Made by a program: the position numbers and the translations under genes. The notes beneath the pieces are model-generated. The model was not told the origin of the DNA. It saw only the letters and a list, made by a program, of their open reading frames with translations, and did not search any database. From Candidatus Latescibacterota bacterium (lineage in GTDB: Bacteria; Latescibacterota; UBA2968; UBA8231), in assembly GCA_965221775.1 (NCBI GenBank), contig CBDCSU010000005.1, positions 1,376,001-1,440,000 of the forward strand: DNA of 64,000 nt, read 5' to 3'. This document shows, in pieces, positions 56,526 to 64,000 of this stretch (positions within the stretch are counted from its first letter, which is position 1; each line of letters begins with the position of its first letter).

Positions 56526-58118
56526 CTACTCGAAGGGCTCGAAGAAGGTCAGGTCCGTTCCGAAGTCGTCCATGGCAACCGCCTCGTCGCCGCGGAAGCG
56601 GACCCGGGTCCGCTGGTCCCGCCAGGTCAGTTCCGTCTCGCGCGTCGGCAGGTCGAGGTCGAACTCGATCCAGCGGCCCACGGCGGGTTCCTCCACCACC
56701 ATGTAGTCCCCGGCCACGCGGGCGGGCCCCGCCCCGTCCACGGTGATCCGCTCCGCGTCCGCCCACGAGGGCAGGCGCACGTGCAGGGCTCCCGGCTGCC
56801 GCAGGCGGACGCCGAGGCTGTCGTGCGTGTAGGGGGAGCGCACCTCGATGTCCGGGGTGACCCTGTCGAAGAGCAGGTTGACCCAGTGGCCGTCCTCGCC
56901 GCGGCGGGTTACCTCGCGAACCGCCTCGCAGAGCGAGCCGACGGCGCCGCCGACGATGTCGAGGTTGAAGCCGACGCGGGGTTTGTTGGACTGCCACAGG
57001 CCCACGGGCTCGTGGCCGTACGGGGCCGGGAAGCCGAAGCCGCCGCGCAGCCGCTCGCCCACGTTCTGGAGGCCGTCCACCCCCTCCGGGTTGTCGGGCT
57101 CGACGACGAAGGAGACGTCCCGCAACTGGCTGGGCAGCAGGTGGGAGCGCAGCATGCGCTCGGCGTCCTCGTAGTACTCCGGGTGGCCGTGGGCGCCCAG
57201 GATGAGGGCGGTCTCGACGATGTCGCCGGTGTTGTTGGCCTCCCCCCGAAGGCAGTCGCTGGACGGGTCCGTGACCTCGATCGACCAGCCGATCTGGTCC
57301 CGCATCTCCCACAGGCCGTTGTCGTAGAACGCCTTCACCCGCGCCAGGAGGGCGGCGTCGCCGGTGTGGTCGGCCAGCTGCGCCAGCGACGACAGGACGC
57401 AGGTGGTGGAGTGGGCGTGGGGGCCGAAGAGATCGTTGGAGAACGCCCCGTCCTCGCGGAAGAACTCGCGCGTCGCCTTCTCCTCGAGGGCCAGGGCCAG
57501 CTCCAGGGCCGGCTCGCTCCCGGTGGCGCGGTGGATCTTCACGAGGGGGCCGATGGCCCGCGCCAGGCGCTGGATGAAGGTGCCCGCCTCGTCGCGCAGG
57601 ACCTGCACGGGAAGGTCGCTCTGCAGCCGCGGCAGGTCCCACCGCTCATGCGGCAGCCAGTACTCCCGGATGAGGCGGATGCTCGCCTCGGCCAGCTCCA
57701 GGGCCCGGGACGAGTCCCGGTAGCGGGCCAGGGCATACAGGGCGTGGAAGCCCTCTCGCACGTCGTGGTCCTGCAGCAGGACGGGATCCCCCCGGCCGTC
57801 GGTGCGCTCGCCGCCCCGCTGCAGGGGCAGGGGCGCCCGGGAGTAGGAGAAGAACGCGGCGCGGGCGTGCTTGTCGACGGCGCTCTCGTCGAGGGTGACG
57901 CCGGCGGCCTCCTCGGCGCTGAGCATGGCGTTCAGGTGGCGGCCCGGGATGTGGGACTCGAAGCTGCCCGCCAGGCGGGCGTCGGGGCGCACCCGGGCGC
58001 CGCCGAAGGGCAGGTCGCCGTCGTCGGCGTTGAAGCAGCGCGACATGCTCCGGCAGCCCAGGCGGATGGCGTCCGCCAGATCGGTTGTGTTGACGTCCTG
58101 GAGACGGTGGCGCGCCAT
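56526..58118 (-). CDS. GH127-like (alpha/alpha)-barrel protein of unknown specificity
   Basis: PHAHS, GEANNTGD...YYEDAERMLRSHLLPSQ, WVNLLFD, LHVRLPSWA; GGGAG RBS before ATG 58118. Confidence 0.6.
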   Translation of the reverse strand: MARHRLQDVNTTDLADAIRLGCRSMSRCFNADDGDLPFGGARVRPDARLAGSFESHIPGRHLNAMLSAEEAAGVTLDESAVDKHARAAFFSYSRAPLPLQRGGERTDGRGDPVLLQDHDVREGFHALYALARYRDSSRALELAEASIRLIREYWLPHERWDLPRLQSDLPVQVLRDEAGTFIQRLARAIGPLVKIHRATGSEPALELALALEEKATREFFREDGAFSNDLFGPHAHSTTCVLSSLAQLADHTGDAALLARVKAFYDNGLWEMRDQIGWSIEVTDPSSDCLRGEANNTGDIVETALILGAHGHPEYYEDAERMLRSHLLPSQLRDVSFVVEPDNPEGVDGLQNVGERLRGGFGFPAPYGHEPVGLWQSNKPRVGFNLDIVGGAVGSLCEAVREVTRRGEDGHWVNLLFDRVTPDIEVRSPYTHDSLGVRLRQPGALHVRLPSWADAERITVDGAGPARVAGDYMVVEEPAVGRWIEFDLDLPTRETELTWRDQRTRVRFRGDEAVAMDDFGTDLTFFEPFE

Positions 58119-58560
58119 GACTCCCTCTCTCCCGTGTTGGTTGCTCGAGTCCCACCGGGGGGCCAGGTCCAAGGTGGACACGAGTTGCAGACATGGCCGG
58201 CTGCGGTGAGAGAAGGTAGTGTGCCGCAGCCTTGCGGTGGGACCCCGGGAGATAATGCCGGCAGAGGGCCCTTGTCGCCGGAGATTTCAGCAGCTGTTGG
58301 ACGGTGGGCCCGCCCTCGTCGCCCCTTGGCGGCTCCGCGGAGCGGGACAAGGCAGTCCCCTATGGCCGAGCTTCGCCAGCAGCCGCAGCCCTTGGCCCAG
58401 GGTGATGTTGAGAGCTCCCGCCGCACCGGCCGGCGCGGGATATCCCCGGGAGGCGGCACCCAGGCCAGCTTCCTCACCGCGTGACCCTGTGCCGATGCGA
58501 CGGCCATCTTCCTTCGGCGCTATCATTCCCGCCCGACCCGCGCAAGGACGGAGCCAACAC

Positions 58561-61500
58561 ATGACGGACCGACGCATGCCCACCTGGGGATTCCTCTTCC
58601 TCACCGCCCTTCTGCCCGCCGGCGCCGAAGCCGCGGGCCCGGCCACCTTTCACCTCTCCTTCGACGACTTCGACTTCCTCGAGCACGACTTCGTCGCCCG
58701 GAACGGCCACAAGTCCATCGAGGACCGGGGCCTGACCCTGGAGGAGGGGCGCTTCGGCAAGGGCCTGCGCATGAACCTCACCCCGCACATCGATCTGCGC
58801 GACGAGATGAGCGGCGGCGAACTGGACGAAGTCGTGGCGGTCATGTTCCGAACCTGGAGGCACCGCGAGCACTGGACCGTCGACAACCAGCCCTTCCTCT
58901 GGGGCGCCGGTCGGTTCAACACCGGCAGCGGCGCCGTGGCCTTCTGGGTGAAGGGCGAGCTGTCCGAGGGGGAGCTGTTCAACCAGTCGGCCATGGCCTG
59001 GGGGCGGGCCGAGAAGCACCTGCTGGCGATCACCGTTGGCGCCGACGGGCGCCTCGGCGCCCACCTCGTCGACGCCCGCTACGCGCGCCACGAGATCCGC
59101 TCCCGGCGCGAGTGGGACCCGGACCGCTGGAACCACGTGGTCCTCAACTGGGACAAGGCCCGGGGCCTGGAGCTTGTCGTCAACGGCCGCAGCGCGGCCT
59201 CCTCCCGGGGCCGGGACGCCTGGTGGGAGACGGCCCTGCCGGGGCTGTTCCACCTGCCCATGCCCCATGTCGTGTACGACGAGCTGCACGCCTTCTCCCG
59301 CCCCCTGGAGCGGGACGAGATCAAGGCCCTGGCGCGGACCAACACACCGCCCGCCTCCACCGAGACCGTCCGCCGCAGCCGCAAGGACCGCGACCGCCTG
59401 GCCCGCGCCTCGGGCCTGGGACCGGAGGCGGATCTTCCCGTCCTCGAGCCCCTCGACTCCGGGCGCGTCCTGACCTTCACCGAGATCGTCCCCGCCTTCG
59501 TGGGCGAGGAGAACATCCCCGCCTTCTTCTGCCGCGACGGCCGCTACGAGCTGGCCTGGCCGCACCCGCAGGACGTGTTCACGCCGATCCCGGGGGACGC
59601 CGCCCACCAGGCCGAGAGGCTCGACGTCGACCCCGGCGAGGGCGCCGTCTTCAACTACCTCACCGTCGAGGGGAATCTCGCCGAGATGCCGGCGGCGCTC
59701 ACGGACCTGCGCCGCGGCGACGAGGGCCTCTTCGAGGGCGAGGTCTTCCTCGATCTGCCGCGGGACGAGCGCTTGTTCTTCGCCGCCACCCTGCCCCGCC
59801 AGGCCCACGGCCCCTTCCACCTGCCCTTCCTCCAGGGCTACGGCGCGCCCCCCGGCTTCGAGGGCGACCTCCACCTGCCCCTCACCGGCCAGACGCGGGT
59901 CCACGAGGTAGGCCTCTTCGACGTCACCGTGCAGCCCTGGTCGCCCGATCCCGAGGAAGACCTCAGCTTCCACCTGCGCCGCGGCGGCCGCCTGGAGCCG
60001 CGCTACGACCTGGCCCTGCGGACCCAGCACGGCCTCGGGGAGCGCGAAACCCTCTTCGGCTACCGGACCCCGCCCGGCGGGGACCCCGAGTGGGTGGAGA
60101 CGGGCTACCTGAACCGGGTCCACCTCGTCACCGCGCCGGTGACGGGCAAGACCTGCGTCGGCGCCATCCTCCTCGACCTGCGGGTGCGGACTCGGAGCCG
60201 GGAGGACCTGCTCGTGGTGCGCCTGCGCGACCCCGGGCTCCCCCACCGCGTCTGGACCCACGCCGAGGTGAAGCTGCGCGGCTTCGACGGCGACGGCGGC
60301 CGCCTGCGCCTGCTCCTCGACCCGCCGCCCCTCATCCTGCCCGCCGGCGACCGCATCTGGCTCGATGTGGCCAGCCACGACAACGCCCGCATCCGCATCG
60401 GCGGCGAGCCGGGGAGCCGCATCGTCCTGAGGAAGGCGCCCCTCCAGGCCTCGGAAGCGGCGTACGAGAGCAAGGGCCTCATGCCCGTCGTCGCCGAGGC
60501 CACCAAGGCCCACTACCGGCCCTGGATCTTCGAGCGCATCACCCCCGACCTCGACAATCCCCACACCCTCGGCGGCCACTACGACTCGGTCATGCCGGCC
60601 CTGGCCGTGAGCCGCGTGCTGCCCTACTCGGTGATCGCCCAGGACTACCTCGACATGGCGGGCGTCCTGGGCAAGGCGCGCGATACCTACGGGCTGGCCG
60701 TGCCGGCCCGCGCCTCGTTCTCGCCGGACCAGGTACCCGAGGGCGTGCCCGCCTGGGCGTGGCTGCAGCACCGGCTCAAGGCGTTCCGCCTGCGCGTCAT
60801 CGACTGGATGGTCCGCAACCAGAACTCGGACGGCCAGCTCGGCGAGGGCTGGAACGACGACGTCTTCCTCCTCGTGGGCCGCTACGACGTGCCCCTCGAC
60901 AGCCACCCTGGCGCCCGGCGGATGTACCTGCGGCTCTTCGAAGGCCTGGACCGCACCCACATGCTCGGCGGCGGCTGGGTGCGGATCTCGCCCATGGACC
61001 ACTTCCACACGGAGGACCTCACGAGCACGCGGTTCCACTCCGTGCTGATGAAGCCGGGCGACCCCTACATCGTGCGCCGCGCCCTGGAGACCGCATGGCA
61101 CTTCGGCAAGCCGGAGCGCACGCCCCAGTACTACTTCGACGGCGGGCCCTTCGTGTACGACTACAACATCCTGCGCTGGTACTGGGGCACGGGGCCGCGG
61201 TACGCATACCAGAGCCCCCCGGAGGCGCAGCTCATGGGCAGCCTTACCCACTATTACAAGGAGAGCAGCGACCTGCGTTTCCACCGCTTCACCGAGGCCT
61301 GGAACGCCCGCCGCGGCGGCGAGCAGGCGATCACCGGCATGGTCCTCGGCGGCTGGGGCCGCCGGACGCGGAACCCCGACTCCGACGACCTGAGCATCAC
61401 CCTCTCCTGGCCCGAGGGCGGCGGGCGGGACTTGGCCCAGTGGGTGACCTGGGCCGACAGCACGGGCCTGGAGTGCCGCCTGTTCTCCTTCGATCCCCTG

Positions 61501-62022
61501 CCCCGCCGGGTGACGGCGCGGCTCTACCGGATCGACCCCGGGGCCTTCGAGATCACCCTCCACGAGTTTGGTGAGGGGGCCGCAGGAGAGATGCTGTGGA
61601 GCCGCCGGCAGGAGCTGCAGCGCTACGACACGATCACGCTGGAGGTGCCGCCCGGCCGCGAGATGATTCTCGGCGTGCGTCGGGTCGAGCCCGCCCCCGG
61701 CGACGGCCTGCTGCCGGACCTGGCCGTGGCCGCCTACGACTGCGAGCGGAGCGGTTCCGCCCTGAGGGTGCGGGTCTCCAACGTCGGCGCAGCGGCGTCA
61801 CCGCCGACGCGGCTGGTGGTGCGGTCGGCGGAGGGGGCGGAACTGGCGGAGGCGGAGGTGCCGCCGCTTGCGGCGCCGACGGACTTCGTGGAGAGGTCCG
61901 CGTGGGTGGAGGTGGCGGGGCTGCCTGGGGAGGGGGAGCTGGTGGTTGCGGTGGATCCGGGGGACGGGATCCGGGAGCTGTACCGGGGGAACAACCGGGC
62001 GGTGGTCGGGGGTGGGGAGTGA
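58561..62022 (+). CDS. Large secreted protein with LamG-like N-terminal and CARDB-like C-terminal domains
   Basis: Signal peptide; EGRFGKGL, GAVAFWVK, WNHVVLNWD; PDLAV...VSNVG...VDPGDGIRELYRGNN. Confidence 0.75.
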   Translation: MTDRRMPTWGFLFLTALLPAGAEAAGPATFHLSFDDFDFLEHDFVARNGHKSIEDRGLTLEEGRFGKGLRMNLTPHIDLRDEMSGGELDEVVAVMFRTWRHREHWTVDNQPFLWGAGRFNTGSGAVAFWVKGELSEGELFNQSAMAWGRAEKHLLAITVGADGRLGAHLVDARYARHEIRSRREWDPDRWNHVVLNWDKARGLELVVNGRSAASSRGRDAWWETALPGLFHLPMPHVVYDELHAFSRPLERDEIKALARTNTPPASTETVRRSRKDRDRLARASGLGPEADLPVLEPLDSGRVLTFTEIVPAFVGEENIPAFFCRDGRYELAWPHPQDVFTPIPGDAAHQAERLDVDPGEGAVFNYLTVEGNLAEMPAALTDLRRGDEGLFEGEVFLDLPRDERLFFAATLPRQAHGPFHLPFLQGYGAPPGFEGDLHLPLTGQTRVHEVGLFDVTVQPWSPDPEEDLSFHLRRGGRLEPRYDLALRTQHGLGERETLFGYRTPPGGDPEWVETGYLNRVHLVTAPVTGKTCVGAILLDLRVRTRSREDLLVVRLRDPGLPHRVWTHAEVKLRGFDGDGGRLRLLLDPPPLILPAGDRIWLDVASHDNARIRIGGEPGSRIVLRKAPLQASEAAYESKGLMPVVAEATKAHYRPWIFERITPDLDNPHTLGGHYDSVMPALAVSRVLPYSVIAQDYLDMAGVLGKARDTYGLAVPARASFSPDQVPEGVPAWAWLQHRLKAFRLRVIDWMVRNQNSDGQLGEGWNDDVFLLVGRYDVPLDSHPGARRMYLRLFEGLDRTHMLGGGWVRISPMDHFHTEDLTSTRFHSVLMKPGDPYIVRRALETAWHFGKPERTPQYYFDGGPFVYDYNILRWYWGTGPRYAYQSPPEAQLMGSLTHYYKESSDLRFHRFTEAWNARRGGEQAITGMVLGGWGRRTRNPDSDDLSITLSWPEGGGRDLAQWVTWADSTGLECRLFSFDPLPRRVTARLYRIDPGAFEITLHEFGEGAAGEMLWSRRQELQRYDTITLEVPPGREMILGVRRVEPAPGDGLLPDLAVAAYDCERSGSALRVRVSNVGAAASPPTRLVVRSAEGAELAEAEVPPLAAPTDFVERSAWVEVAGLPGEGELVVAVDPGDGIRELYRGNNRAVVGGGE

Positions 62023-62088
62023 ACCTGCAGCCGTGGAACCGTGGAACCCGTTCGATCGTCTGCTCTCAGAGACGATCAGGGGGAAAAG

Positions 62089-63369
62089 ATGACCAAGCGT
62101 GAACTTGCAGATCCGACCGACCGTGCCCACCGCGCCGCGCGCCGCCTCCGGTTCATTCCAGGAGCCCTTCTCCTGTTCGTCGCAGCCGGGTGCGGAGACT
62201 CCGTCACCAATCCGTCCGACGGCGTAGAGGAAATCACCCAGCTTCCGCGCGCCCTGAGCACCGCCGAGGTCGAGGTCATCGCGGCGAACAACCGCTTCGC
62301 CTTCGGCCTCCTCGCGCAGGCCAACCTCCCCGACGGCAACCTCTTCCTTTCTCCGCTCTCGGCGTCCATGGCGCTCGGGATGACGATGAACGGAGCCGCG
62401 GGGGAGACCTGGAGCCAGATGCGCGACGCGCTGGGGTTCGGGAGCCTCGCCGAGGAAGAGATCAACGCCTCCTACGAGTCCCTGCTCGGGCTCCTCGTCG
62501 GCCTCGATCCGGCCGTTGAGACCGCGATCGGGAACTCCGTGTGGACCCGGCAGGGCTTCCCGGTGCATTCGGACTTCCTGGACGCCGTGCGCGAGACCTT
62601 CGACGCCGAGGTGGCGGAACTCGATTTCGGGAGTCCTTCGGCGGCCGAGCGGATCAACGGGTGGGTCAAAGCCGCGACAGGTGATCGAATCGAGGAGATC
62701 GTTCCCGCGAGCATTCCCGGCGCCGTCGTCATGTACCTGATCAACGCGATCTACTTCAAGGGTTCGTGGGCCCTGCGGTTCGATCCGTCCGACACGCGGG
62801 CCGAGCCCTTCCACCTGGACGACGGGTCCACCCGGACGGCGCAACTCATGACCCTCCGGAGAGACCTCCCCTACCAGGAGAACAGCCGGTTCCAGGCCGT
62901 GGACCTGCCGTACGGGGGCCGCGCGTTCTCGATGACCGTGCTCCTGCCGCGGCGTGGCGTGAGCGTGGACGACCTCGCGGCATCCCTCGACGCAGGGGAG
63001 TGGGAGGAGATCGCCGGCAGCTTCCACGAGACCGATGTGCGGCTCTTCCTGCCGCGCTTCCGGATGGCCTACGAACGCACGCTCAACGACGACCTCGCCG
63101 CCCTCGGCATGGTCGACGCCTTCGATCAACGGGCGGATTTCACAAGACTCTCGCCGGCCGGCGGCTTGTGGATCTCCGAGGTGAAGCAGAAGTCCTGGGT
63201 GGAGGTCAACGAAGAGGGCACCGAGGCGGCCGCGACCACCGTGGTCTCGGTGGCCGAGAGCGCCGGTTCCATCGTTCGCGCCGACCGCCCTTTTCTCTTC
63301 TTCATCCGGGAGCGCCTCTCCGGCACCATCCTCTTCGCCGGCAAGCTCGCGAGCCCCCCCGAGGACTGA
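62089..63369 (+). CDS. Serpin (lipoprotein)
   Basis: Lipobox AAGC; NLFLSPLS, LINAIYFKGSW, VNEEGTEAAA hinge, ADRPFLFFIRE. Confidence 0.95.
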   Translation: MTKRELADPTDRAHRAARRLRFIPGALLLFVAAGCGDSVTNPSDGVEEITQLPRALSTAEVEVIAANNRFAFGLLAQANLPDGNLFLSPLSASMALGMTMNGAAGETWSQMRDALGFGSLAEEEINASYESLLGLLVGLDPAVETAIGNSVWTRQGFPVHSDFLDAVRETFDAEVAELDFGSPSAAERINGWVKAATGDRIEEIVPASIPGAVVMYLINAIYFKGSWALRFDPSDTRAEPFHLDDGSTRTAQLMTLRRDLPYQENSRFQAVDLPYGGRAFSMTVLLPRRGVSVDDLAASLDAGEWEEIAGSFHETDVRLFLPRFRMAYERTLNDDLAALGMVDAFDQRADFTRLSPAGGLWISEVKQKSWVEVNEEGTEAAATTVVSVAESAGSIVRADRPFLFFIRERLSGTILFAGKLASPPED

Positions 63370-63505
63370 CGGCGCCAGCAGTGGCGGCGCTGCGCCACGG
63401 TCGCGCTGGAGGTGCCGCCGGCGCGGCGGGTGGTTCGCAGCGCGGACGGTGGCCGCGGGCAGGTGGGCCTGCGCGGGCCGAGACTCGGCAGCAGGACCGC
63501 CAAGG

Positions 63506-64000
63506 TCAGTGCAGGTCGAACAGTGAAGGCGGGTCACCCTCGGGATAGTTGTCCAGGTAGCGCTGGATGTAACTCCGCGTAACCGGCGGCATCCGCTCCA
63601 GGTGCCCCGGCCGCGTCAGGGCTTCCCGCTGTCCGTGCTCGTGCTGCATCACCGTGGCCCCCGCGTTCCAGAAGGCGCAGTGCAGGGTCCAGCGCTTGCG
63701 GCCCTCGGGGTTCCAGCCGCGGTGCCAGAGGTTGGCGTTGTAGTGGACGATGTCCCCCGGCTCCAGCTCGACCACCAGGGCGCCCGGCATCTCCCCGCCT
63801 TCGCTGCGGGAGGCTTCGATCTCCGCTTCCGTGGACGCCCGCAGGTGGCTGCCGGGGACGATGTGGAGGAAGCGGTCGCCGGGCACGAGGGGGGCGTTGA
63901 ACTGCACGGAGCGGCCCTCGTGGCGGCGCAGGAACGCGGTCTCGTCCGGGTCCCCCGGGCGGCCGAGGTCGCGGTGCCACTTCTGGGTGTACGCCTGCCC
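63506..64000 (-). CDS. PhyH family dioxygenase (5' end beyond the right edge)
   Basis: Frame open to the window edge: QKWHRD (HxD), IVPGSH, PGDIVHYNANLWHRG. Confidence 0.85.
   Translation of the reverse strand, partial: GQAYTQKWHRDLGRPGDPDETAFLRRHEGRSVQFNAPLVPGDRFLHIVPGSHLRASTEAEIEASRSEGGEMPGALVVELEPGDIVHYNANLWHRGWNPEGRKRWTLHCAFWNAGATVMQHEHGQREALTRPGHLERMPPVTRSYIQRYLDNYPEGDPPSLFDLH

Noticed and set aside
58119-58560. Long intergenic region as a riboswitch or ncRNA
   Set aside because: No recognisable conserved RNA motif by eye; an Rfam/Infernal scan would be needed.

Overview
High-GC (roughly 70% by eye) bacterial chromosomal window. The many sulfatases, Gfo/Idh/MocA oxidoreductases and PhyH dioxygenases, plus a secreted protein with a paired DFDGNG..DF..F dockerin-like motif, suggest a Ca. 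Latescibacterota/Gemmatimonadota-like organism (inference). The left 5.1 kb is a lower-GC defence island. It holds an Ssp-type DNA phosphorothioation operon (cysteine desulfurase, DUF4007, ATPase running off the left edge), and an uncharacterised coupled gene pair (YHGY-motif toxin-like protein plus an IrrE/ImmA-like protein lacking HExxH) bracketed by a 65-bp direct repeat. Next come nagB-ACP-Re-citrate-synthase-like-ferritin, DUF4954, and a divergent pair of sensor-less sigma54 activators with a candidate sigma54 promoter and tandem palindromes between them. These are followed by parA, mazG and an 11-subunit complex-I-like operon without nuoEFG. A second accessory island (32.1-38.8 kb) carries MNT-HEPN, HicB with an internally deleted HicA, Hen1-Pnkp RNA repair, and 4x23-bp iteron-like repeats before an AAA/DUF4143 ATPase. 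The right part has catabolic genes, a duplicated beta-helix gene, an XRE-MNT/HEPN pair, large CAZyme-like proteins and a lipoprotein serpin. No rRNA, tRNA, CRISPR array, transposase or integrase was recognised. All family calls come from motif recognition, not database searches.
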